DNA of 64,000 bases. Origin: Gekko japonicus (lineage: Eukaryota). The stretch is taken from assembly GCF_001447785.1 (NCBI RefSeq), contig NW_015165245.1, positions 434,795 to 498,794 on the forward strand. The letters are read 5' to 3'. The notes under the pieces were generated by a model. It saw only the letters and a program-made list of their open reading frames with translations. It ran no database searches and had not been told where the DNA came from. Positions 11,321-22,207 of this stretch are shown here, one piece after another. A program made the translations under genes and the position numbers. Within the stretch, counting starts at the first letter, position 1. Each line of letters starts with the position of its first letter.

Positions 11321-14300
11321 CACCAAATTTAACAAAATTTTATTGTTTGAACCTAAAATCAAAGAAATTTTACACACTCATATAAAAGAATTTTTTGTGT
11401 TCAACAAGTCTAATGATATTAGTGCCGCCACGTTATGGGAAACTTTGAAGGAATATATTCAAGGTCATTGCATTTCTCTAGCAGCAACCTGTAAAAAAGA
11501 AAAAAAACAACTTACATCGGATCTTATCCAGACCATTCAAACTCTAGAACACAAGCACAAATTAACGTGTAGCCCTAAGATATACAAAAGACTGCAGGAT
11601 GTAAGGAAACAACTGGAAATGTTAGAGTCGGCAGACATACACAAAACCAACCTTAATTATTTTAAAAACAATACCTCTAAATCCTCTAAAAGATTATGTT
11701 TTTTAACATGGAAAGTCAAACAACGACAAGCGGAACGTCATATACTGGGTTTAAGAAATAGTCAAAATATATTACAGCACTCTACAAAAGACATAATGCA
11801 AATTTTAGAGACTTTTTACAAACGGCTATATTCCACTACAAATCCTAATTCTGACCAAATAAATAAATTTTTACAATCTCTACAGCACCTTAAGAAGCTA
11901 TCACAAGACCACCAAATTGCCTTAGACTCACCATTTACAATGCAAGAGCTCCAAAACGTTATTAAGTCAATGAAAATGAATAAAGCGCCTGGCCCTGATG
12001 GATATACTACTGAATTTTTAAAAGCCTTTTTCCCTTCTTTAAGTGAGACACTTTTGGATACATGTAACTCTATTTTACTTTCTAGACATATGCCAACAAC
12101 TTGGCAATCCGCTAACTTAATACTAATCCCCCCAAAAAACAAAGATAATTTGGACCCAGCAGATTATAGACCCATTTCCTTAGTTAATACCGATTATAAA
12201 ATATTTTCTGGCATGATAGCATCACGTCTTAAAAACATCATTGACTATTATATTAATTCTGATCAGACAGGGTTCATCCCTTCTAGGGACATTGCTGACA
12301 ACATAAGGAAAACCCTAAACATTATACACTTTGCCAAACAAAACTACTCCCAGCAATCTTTATTATTCGCTGTCGATATTCAAAAAGCATTCGACTCGCT
12401 GGAGATCCCATATTTATCAGGTCTCCTTAATTTCTTAAACTTTGGCCCTAATTTTTGTAATTTAATTAAGGCAATATATGAAAACCCCAAAACGACCATT
12501 TTAGCAAATGGCGCCTCATCCCATTCTATTTCTCTTCAACGTGGCACACGTCAGGGATGCCCCTTGTCGCCCCTTTTTATTTTAGCCTTAGAACCGTTAG
12601 CTTGTGCCCTTAGAGCCAATCCAGACTTTGCGGGTATCTGTATCAAAGGAAAAGAGTTCAAGCTCAGCATGTTTGCAGACAACCTTATTTTATACGTTTC
12701 TTCACCACACAAATCCTTAAAAACAATTCAAACAATCTTAGACCAATTTGGTTTATGCACTGGTTTAAAAATCAATATCTCCAAATCATTGATTTACCCG
12801 GTTAACATTTCTCCCCCCCTGGAACAGTCGCTTAAAAAATCTTTTTCCTATCAATGGGCGGATTCATATATTCAGTATTTAGGGGTGAAAATTCCTATAA
12901 ACTTAAATGACATCATTAAACTCAATCACTCAGCTATCCATAAGGAACTCCTAATTAACCTCAAAAAATGGAATACAAATTCATTTACCTGGTTTGATTG
13001 TATTTCAATAATTCGAACTTATGTTCTTCCTAAATACATGTACTTATTTAGAATGCTCCCTATCTTTATACCCAAACATACACTTCATAACTGGCAAAAA
13101 GAACTCAATAAGTTCATTTGGAAATTTAAAACCCCCAGAATCAAATTTCGATCCATTATTAAACCCATAAAGCACGGAGGTCTTGCTTATCCAGACTTAC
13201 ATTGTTATTATAATGCGGCCATACTAGCTTCTTTAATCCGTCAATATAACCCAGACATCCCGTTAGACTGGAAATGGATTGAGGAATGTACTTCTAAAGG
13301 TCAATCATTCCACACATTGCTCTGGAAATCCCACATTGCCGATTTCTCAACTGACATTTCCTCTCCCTTCCTACGAACATCTCTAAAAATCTGGTTTAAT
13401 CATAAAAAATTACTTACCTCACCCTTTTCCAAGCTGAGTTCCTGTTGTGGACAGAGATGGTTTCCTCCTGCTGACGACTCTTCTCAATTTTCAAACTGGA
13501 AAAAAGCAAATGTTACAAGATTAATTGACTTAACTCATAATAACACATTTTTAGATAAAAAGGATTTAGAGAAGAAATACAACTTCAAAGTGCACTGGTA
13601 CGAATATCTTCAAATACGACATTTAGTTCAATCACCACCTTTCCTAGCCTCTATGACTCTTCATCTCACAGATTTTGGAAATTTTTTTTATCTAAAACAA
13701 AACAAAAAAGGTCTCATATCTAAAATTTACAAGTTATTACTGTCCTCCGAATTTAATTACACCTCCTCCTATCAGCACGCCTGGGCGTCCAATCTGCAAA
13801 TTCAACTCACAGATCTCCAGTGGGAAACTATCTGGAAATCGCAAGCTAAAATGACCCGATCACTTTATATTTCCGAAGCTAATACCAAGGTTTTACTCCG
13901 TTGGTATCTAACCCCCCTCAGACTATCTCACATGATCCCCAATTTGAAACCTCACTGCTGGAAAGGCTGTCAAGAATTAGCCACGTACTTTCACTGTTGG
14001 TGGTCATGTAAATTTGTCAATAACTTCTGGAAGGCAGTGTTACATAAAATCAAGAAGTTGACTAACTGTGAAGTACCCATGGATCCTGCTTTAATATTGC
14101 TCAACTTATGGCCAAATCAAGATCCCATAGAGGTTGATAGGGCACTGATAGGCCTTCTACTGACTGCGGCAAAATTTTTAATAGCCAAGAACTGGAAATG
14201 TACAAAACTTCCTTCTTTACAGCAATGGATTCATAAAGTTTGGGATCTTTTCCTTTTAGAAAACTTTAATGTAACCTATTCGGCGAATCAAACAGAGACC

Positions 14301-14414
14301 CATCTCATGAACCCTCTTAATATTTGGTATCCCATTCTCAATAAGATTAACATAGACAAATTCGATTGGGAATCCATAAAGAATGTTAAGTATAAGCTGT
14401 TACTATTTAACTAA
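11321..14414 (+). pseudogene. L1 ORF2 remnant: open frame but no endonuclease domain or start codon, catalytic FADD changed to FADN
   Basis: ORF 11259..14414 begins in flanking DNA upstream of the TSD; RT motif gtttgcagacaac at about 12671-12683. Confidence 0.8.
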
Positions 14415-14598
14415 AGAATTTTTGTGATTGGTCTTACCTTTAGACACAAATCCTTTTATTTAGAATACTTGATTGTATACTGTCATGAACTTGTTGAAAA
14501 TATCTGTTTTCTTATTACTTACTCTGTGCTTGGGACTTGATGCTTTTTTTTGCTGTATATTACATAAAATATTTTAATAAAGTTTGTTTTTTAAAAAA
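11321..14598 (+). mobile_element. 5'-truncated L1 retrotransposon (ORF2 RT plus C-terminal CCHC, 3' UTR, short poly(A))
   Basis: 17-bp TSD ATCTTACACTCAGGATC at 11304-11320 and 14599-14615. ORF2 motifs KAPGPDG, YRPISLVNTDYKI, DQTGFI, KAFD, RGTRQGCPLSP, FADN, YLGV and CWKGC...HCWWSC. AATAAA at 14576-14581. Confidence 0.95.
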
Positions 14599-17500
14599 AT
14601 CTTACACTCAGGATCATCTTCCTTTTTAGTAAACACTCTGTGCCTTCTTATGTCCAAAACTGCACGATAATTATTTCAGGCAGATGTAGCTGAATTCAGT
14701 TGCATACAATTGATCATTTATGCTTTGTACTTCAGCAGCAGAAACTGCAGTTACAAACTCTGAACAGAGGAGGGCATGAGTTAGCTTTTCATTGACAACA
14801 TGAAAATTGCAAAGTTCATATTTAGAGATGGGCAACATCAAACATGGAATTCCTAGCTCAGTTCTTAAGCCCCAGAAAATTTGTTAGTTTTTACATGGCT
14901 CAAGACTTTTTGTTGTTGTTGTTGCCTTAAGACACCCACTGCTACCTCTCTTTTTAAAAGCTCAATTCTGTTTACTTGACTCCAAACAACAGATTTCGTT
15001 GAAAGTTGGTGATTTAAAATTTACCTGTTCTATGTGCTTTCCTCTTTTTTTGCAGTTTCCTCAGTTGTTAAATTTAATCTAGACCCTGAGTGCTGCTATA
15101 CAATCATCCCCCACTTACGATCACACTATATCATGGGTTTTGTAGTTTTCACACTGTGAAAGCTATGCTATGTATACAATGTACATTGCACTTGTGAACA
15201 CATCACATCATTAATCTTGTAGTCTTAAGGTACAAAAACAAAGCATAGAATTGAATTTAGCAGTCAGGGAAACCATTAAACAGATTTTCCTCATGTGAAA
15301 GGGTAATATGTGATTAGGGATGGAGAAAAAAGTTAAAATATAACAAAACTAGATATTGAGAAAATCAAGAGTGCCTGTTTTTGTTTGAAATATGCAAAAA
15401 ATCAAAACCTTCCTAAATTCATCAGGAATTACTGTTGATTAGCATTTAACCATTGCAACAAAAAATAATATTGATTTTGGATGCTTGCGTTTTTGGAATA
15501 ATAATCTAAATTGACGTCATTAAATCAGAAAATATGGCCTGAATTCCATTACTGATGGATTCCAGTGGCAGTCTTGCTCTTTGTTTACTACTGCAGTGTA
15601 TGTCTGCAGTTCTACAAGAACAAAAAACTCTGCTGCTTTGATCTGTGAGCATAAGGGAGTATTTTTACTGAAATTTTAAAAAATTTACAATAGGTTTGAC
15701 TTTTATCAGCCCATTTCACATGTTCAGCCGAATAACACAATATGTGATTTGTTGCATTATTATATCACATATGTAGCCATCTGTGTAAAGCCTTCATTCC
15801 CCATGTTCTAATCTGGGTAGTAGCTAAGAAAGGGTAGGGCCCATTCATGCTTCTCCATAAGGAAGGGTGAGAATTCATAGCTTGGTATTAGTATCAGTAA
15901 CCAGGCAGTGGAGCCCCAGTCAGGAACCAACTGTCTTTGAACTGAAATGAAATAGTTAACAAGGAAGCAGCTGGTTAAGTCTTCTTATTACTTATATGCA
16001 TACTATTGAAAACAGACTGTTTTTGTGGCTTTGACATTTTATTGTATGTAGATGGGCTGATGACTTTTGCCTGTGTATCAGTTTGACTTATCTATGAAAA
16101 CAACAAATAAAGTAAGTGAAGATATGAAATAGATCAGTGCTTCATAATGTGCAAGCATTTATACTCTATATTATTAGGCTAGTCCTACAAGGGAGATCTG
16201 TGTACAGAAGCAAGTGTCTGTGATTACATAAAAGACGTGGATGCATAAGCCTAGCTCCATATAGGTTTCATTGAACTGACTGGAGGCATCTTTTGATGCA
16301 GATAGGACATGCACGTGTTGTTTGAGAGTATTTGTCTAAGAGTAGAGCTGAATCAATGCCCCTTTTTTACCTTCATTACAAAATATGAGCAAAGGTCATG
16401 TCTCTGAGAGACCCATGTTTGTTCTGAGTGATAGGAAGCAAACACCCAAATTCCCTCTTAAGCAGAGTTAAGCAGAGAAAAGGGTTCTGTTCTGCTTTGT
16501 AGAGGTTATTTTTTTGTAGTTTATGTTAAATGTGAAAAAAGATCCTTGTCTGTGGGATAAGCCTCAAATTTGTAGAAAAAATTAGAGGTTAAATTGTTTT
16601 TGAATGACAGCTATGACAACTTTTGCAACCAAGTCTACATAAATGAACAGCAGAAAGTACCCCACGTGTTAATCTTTGAAAACGTGCTTGCTTCCAGGAA
16701 AGGGTGACTAATGGTGGAATCTCATTTACGAAAAACCCAGTGACAAATATTTGTTGTCTTCAGGCTACAATTTGAGGAAATCAGAGCTAGACTATCTGTT
16801 TACACTGCTGTTTTAAAATGTAGAATAGTCTTGCAACACTACCTGTGTTAAAATTACATTTCTAAATAAATTTATAACTAGGACAGCTTCCCCCACCCTT
16901 CCCCCTGCTTTAATTCCACAGACATTGTGACTTATCTGTTGGCTAAAAATCCTGGTCCTGGTGTCCTACACATAAGCCTGTCTTTGATGTAAGAGTCAGC
17001 AACTACTGCCCTTGACTTATCTGGCAGAGCTTGTTTAAAGGGCATTGTACCATTGATTGAACAAACCAGTAGGACAAATAGTGCTGCTGAGGGAGGGGTT
17101 GATTAGCTGAAACTGTAAGGACATCTTTTTGTGTCCGTTGTGCGGGATGTAACACACTGAGACAACTCTTGATTATATCTAGCAAAGGACAAAACAACCT
17201 TTTGATTGTAACAAATTCTTCACCACCACCAGCCTCAAAGGATGTCCACTCCAGTCTGTTTCAGCTTGAGCTGAAAGAGCTGCAGTATTTTCCAATAACT
17301 GCTAAGACATTGGCTTTCCTGGCAAAAAAACTAAGATAAGAAATATAATTGTGTGCTCAGAGCGGTCATGAAGTTCCCATATTGTCTGCTTGCCTGATTT
17401 GAACAGCAAAAGTACACTGAACAATGTTTCTGGTGGCTGTCCTAAAATTGTGTAACTTCTTTTCCCCTTGACAATCAAAGTCCAAGCCAAAACATTTTCC

Positions 17501-19106
17501 AGAAATGTTGGAAGACATTTCTGCTAGGCCTGGTTCTTAATGGGCCAGGGCAGAGTAGAAGTTGTTTTAATTGTTTTAGTGTACAGTGTGATATATTTTT
17601 TATTATTTTGTGGGCTCTATGTGGTGTTTTTATGTTCTATCCCTATATATCTGGGATGGGATTGGTAAGAAAGCTAATACAAATAATAAGTAAAGTCAAA
17701 GGTATACAGGAATGAATACACCAAGGCTTCAGATGGAGCAGTTCCATATTGTACCCTCTCGGAAATCCTAGGTTCACAGTTTGGGTGTATTTCTATAACT
17801 GGTTTCTACCTGGGTGCCTAAGTTAGCACCTTTGGCCAGGAATGTGTTTTATCTGCTCTTGACTTTAACCTCTCTTGGACAAATCTGGTCTGGCTTAATT
17901 ACTCATGCCTTGAGGACTTATAGACTAACACACACTATCTGGGGTCGCCTTTGAATCCAGAATACAGCTGTCCATCTGTTGTGGATGATCATAATAACAG
18001 TTTGCAACTTTGATACAACTTTACAAGCTTCCAGTTTGTTTCCTGTTACGTTTGCCAATCTCCACGTTGGAGTAATACAGAGATCAGTTCTCCTGGACGA
18101 AATGGCAGTTTTGAGGGGGGGTATTACATCCCTGCTGAGCTCCTTCCCTTCCCTAATCTCCATTCTCTTCATGCACGGCCACCAGTTCTCCAGGAATTTC
18201 CCAAGCCAGAGTTGTCAACTCTGTTTCCAGGCCTGATTCGAAGCGCTGGCTTTGGCATTTACAGTGCAGTCCTAAGCAGAGTTACATATGGAAAAATGTA
18301 GCTGTGTACACTGTTAAAAGTTTGGGTTCAGGATACCTTAAGGCCTGCCTTTTCCAACACCAGCATACTTTACATTTAGCTAATCTGGCAAGGCCTTGCC
18401 CTGTGTTTTACTGCCGTCAGTAGGTCAATGGGTAATCGGTTTCAGTTCTCTTCGTTTTGCTTCACTGCTTACCTTGCCATGTATTAGGGGGGAGGGAATT
18501 CCTGTGGGGAGAGTGTGTGGGTTGAGTACTTGCATGTAGTAGCCATACCCATTTCTCCAGTTGCACCCCTCGGCCTGTTCTCATGGTATTAGGCCTTGGA
18601 GACTCTTTTGCCAGGCTAGAATAGATAAGACACCGTATATCTGTCAGGGTTATCATAGTAACAGTAGGGGCTGATTGCTGACATATGCATGGGGTGTGGG
18701 GGTGCATTGAATCTTACCTATAACTTCTGAATTTTGCGCACTTTCTTTAGTCCTGACAAAGAACCAGTTCCTGTAGTAAGCATATCTCTAATAAAGCATA
18801 ACTGCCAATAGTGTTGTGGAGAGTGTCTGAACTGGGGATCTGACAGGCCACCTCTGTGGTGGCACCCAGACTTTAGAATTTGTTTTTGAAGTTTCAGCAG
18901 GCAGGCAAAGAGGGTTCCTTCAAAACAGGCTTTTGTTTGGTAGCTGAGATACTGCATTAATGTTTATATGTGAGTTCTTCCTGCTAGCATTGACTTTTGG
19001 TTAGTATTTGCTCAGCCACTTTATTCTTTTGATTTGATATGCTGGTTGATTTGATAGTCTGCCTTAGTTTACATTTCCTTGAATTTTGTGACTGTAAAGT
19101 AATATT

Positions 19107-19192
19107 GTAGGCAGAAGACAGGAAGGCCTGGCGTGATCTGGTCCATGGGGTCGTGAAGAGTCAGACTCGACTGTGTGACTGAACAACAACAA
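19107..19192 (+). mobile_element. BovB 3'-terminal fragment
   Basis: ggaaggcctggcgtgatctggtccatggggtcgtgaagagtcagactcgact...gaacaacaac; same terminus as the copy at 6448. Confidence 0.8.
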
Positions 19193-19452
19193 AACTTTGC
19201 AGGTATAATTTTGTAAATAAATAGTATATCAATAAGGCTATCTTTAGTTCCATTTTGTTGGAAATCAAATGCTGATATAATTTTTAAAAACTTTTTCTTT
19301 AATTAGAATTTTATTGAAATCTTATTAGTACAGGAAAAATATCAGTACTGATGAATTAAGTTCAAATAATATTTTGCAAACAAGTTTTAAACATAAATTT
19401 AAATCCTGTGAGTGTCTCTAGGGTTGCCAACTCCTGGGAAATGCCTGGGGAT

Positions 19453-19675
19453 CAGGGCCAGCTCCAGCTTATTTTGCACCCTAGGCGAGGATCCCTTCTG
19501 CCCACCCCCCCACGTGCGCCCACCAATTTTCAAAAATAAATGCATTTTAGGAAGAATGAAAAACACAAATAATCAAGAAACTCCCAGAGTACGGGGCCGG
19601 ATGCAGTTTGGTGCCCCTAAGGGCCGTCCCGCTGTAGGTGACCGCCTAGTTCGCCTAGTGAGTGAGCCGGCCCTG
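19453..19675. mobile_element. hAT-type MITE nested in an older TAGGGTTGCCA-type element
   Basis: TIR CAGGGCCAGCTC / GAGCCGGCCCTG; 8-bp TSD CTGGGGAT at 19445-19452 and 19676-19683. Confidence 0.85.
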
Positions 19676-19860
19676 CTGGGGATTTTGGGTGGTGCCTGTT
19701 GAGGGAAGAATTTGGGGTAGTATTTCATCCAAAATCCATAGTATGGAGTCTGTCCTCTGAAGCTGTAATTTCCTTCAGGTGAACTGACCTCTGTAGTCTG
19801 AAGATAAATTGTAATTCCAGGAAAACTCCAGACCCCTCCAGGCTCCAGTCTAGTTCTATC

Positions 19861-20172
19861 CAGGGGTCTTGTTGTAGAAAAAGAGCTGCCGGAGCTCATT
19901 AGCATAACTCATTAGCATAACTTATTTGCATATGCCACGCCCCCTGACATCACCGGAAGTGACAGAAGGCCACACCCCCTGACATCACCGGAAGTGTGTC
20001 AGAAGGCCCGGCTACTTACCCTCCTGCTTCATCCTCATTCCCAAACGGAATGAGGATCGAAGCAGAGGGCGGGGTAAAGAAGGGGCGGGGCTTCACCACG
20101 TGACCGCCCCGCCCCCTAGAGGTTCTCTTCCGGAGCTCCGTACCTGAGCAGACCCCTCCGACTAGAGCCCTG
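19861..20172. mobile_element. hAT-type MITE
   Basis: TIR CAGGGGTCT / AGAGCCCTG; 8-bp TSD GTTCTATC at 19853-19860 and 20173-20180; internal direct repeat ccccctgacatcaccggaagtg. Confidence 0.85.
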
Positions 20173-20564
20173 GTTCTATCTAAGTTATGAAATCACAGAG
20201 GTATAAAGTAAATCCTTTAAAATGTAAGACTGTCAGTCAGGCAGTAACTCTGCTAATGCAGTTTTCTGTTTTGTAATAATTTTAATCTAATGCAAAGCTG
20301 AATTATATGCAGATTACTTCATTTTTACTCCTTGTGGGAGCATTATTGAATACCACTTTTCTCTAGTATTCTAGTTTCTTTTTTAGGAAAATAGGCAGAA
20401 GAATCATTTTTATCAGATAAAAATAGTAGGAAATCTCCTACTGGTTTCTAGAATGCTTCCAGTATCAGGCCAAAGAACCGCAATTACATTTAATTAACAA
20501 TAAAATTTCATTTGTCTAAATAAACAATACTTTTTCCCAGAAGCAGAACAAAGTTTGTGTCCAG

Positions 20565-20756
20565 CAATGCTTCCTCTAAGTTGTGGAGTCTTGTGAGCAA
20601 AAATTCTACTTTGTGAGCTACTGGCATTAAAGTTGGCTACTGCATAAATTAGTTTGCTCTGGAGCCATCCTTCCTGAGCTAAAACAAAAATGTGTGAGCC
20701 AGAGGCTAAAAAAACAGTGAGCTAGCTCACACTAACTCGGCTTAGAGGGAACACTG
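20565..20756. mobile_element. hAT-type MITE inserted in a palindromic Penelope-like repeat
   Basis: TIR CAATGCTTCCTCTAAG / CTTAGAGGGAACACTG; 8-bp TSD GTGTCCAG at 20557-20564 and 20757-20764. Confidence 0.85.
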
Positions 20757-21451
20757 GTGTCCAGTGGCACCTTTAAGATCAACTTTGAATAAAACTTTGT
20801 TAGTCTTAAAGGTGCCACTGGACTCAAACTTTGTTGTGCTGCTTCAGACCAACACAGCTACCCACCTGAATCTTCCCAGAAGCAGTTAATGCCTTTATCC
20901 AAAGAATCTGGGCATGGAAGTCTCCAAGTGCGGACCAGAACCTGTCATTGTTCAAGAATTCAAAGCTACAGTTCTGTTGCTCACCAGAAATCAAGGGGCA
21001 GCCTGCACCATTCATATTGGGGATGGGCTGAACTGGTGCCGTTCATTAAATGATGTAGAGCAGAACTACAATAGTAGAACTGTAATATCTTTCATTGGGG
21101 TGAAACAAAAATACAACCAAGTTGTGAGCAAGCTTTTGAGTTCCTCAGGGCTCTGCATCAGGCTGGATATTTAGTCCAACAGACAAAGGGGAGAATATTT
21201 TACAGTATGGTGGAAAAGCCAGATGTTTATTGAAGTTTAACATGACATACAAACTTTGCTCAGGACTGCGCTGTTAGTAGATTATATGGCATTGTAGTGG
21301 GAAGAACAGATTTCTAGATTACCCCAAAGGCTGCTGGAACAAAGAAGCAAAAAAACTGGCTAGTATTTTGATACAACTTGAAATCTGTTCTTTATCCAGC
21401 AACATCAAATTAAGTTTGCAGTATCTCCTGCAGACTTGGACCTTACCATCA

Positions 21452-21495
21452 NNNNNNNNNNNNNNNNNNNNNNNNNNNNNNNNNNNNNNNNNNNN
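21452..21495. other. Assembly gap (44 N)
   Basis: Run of N. Confidence 1.
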
Positions 21496-21939
21496 ACATC
21501 CAGCATGGCGAAGGCTCAAAAGTTTTCTGACTACTGTGAGATATTTGGATTGCCCTTTCTAAACTATGTTACATTGCTGTTGTTTTAGGATGGACCCAGT
21601 GATCAATACCCTACTTGCAACAGTTTTTCATTAGTAATAGAACAGTAACTTTATGGCAGCAGTGGAAGTATAACCATTTATATGACTGTGGGACAGGTCT
21701 GGTGAAACTTGGGAAGCTGAAAAGAAAGGACAATAGAAGCGGAGTAGGCGAAAGTGACCTCATCACAGTTACAGGCACTTTGGGGTATGACCATGTCAGT
21801 AATATGTTTTTTGGTTTTTTTACCTATGTTCTGATCATTATGGTATATTGAATGACTTCCAAATAATTTCTACAAATGAGCAGTTCTGCATCTGAAACTA
21901 TCTTGTTTTCCTTGTACATGAGATAGTTTATATAGCAGA

Positions 21940-22065
21940 TGATGTTGCTCAACTGATAATCTAGGCACAAAGTGGACAATCTGGTTAAACATTAACAGTG
22001 GGAGGGAAGCTAGACCTATCATTAACAAGCTAAAAAACCTTACATTGATCCATTTATATATGACC
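21940..22065 (+). promoter_or_regulatory. FGB proximal liver promoter (HNF1 site, C/EBP-like site, TATA)
   Basis: GTTAAACATTAAC at 21984-21996 (HNF1 consensus GTTAATNATTAAC), TTGCTCAA near 21945 and TATATA at 22055-22060, all just upstream of the ATG at 22112. Confidence 0.7.
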
Positions 22066-22111
22066 ACCGGCTCACTCTTTCTTGGAGATACAGCTGTGAA
22101 AATCTTCTAAG

Positions 22112-22207
22112 ATGTTCAACAAAAGTAATATCATGAAACTACTGTTGCTCTTCCTACTTTCCATTGTTCTTGATAAATCGCAGTGTGCTTTGGACTATGA
22201 TGATGAG
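22112..22207 (+). CDS. FGB: FGB exon 1 (signal peptide plus start of fibrinopeptide B)
   Basis: [32 protein letters not shown]|gttag; the second in-frame ATG at 22133 may be the start used. Confidence 0.9.

Noticed and set aside
11259-14414. 1051-aa ORF as a host gene or a full-length active ORF2
   Set aside because: The TSD shows the element starts at 11321. The TTG start lies in flanking DNA, the endonuclease domain is missing and the RT motif is FADN.
20870-21120. GIY-YIG endonuclease fragment of a Penelope element
   Set aside because: Only a faint resemblance (FKATVLL), too degenerate to call without a profile search.
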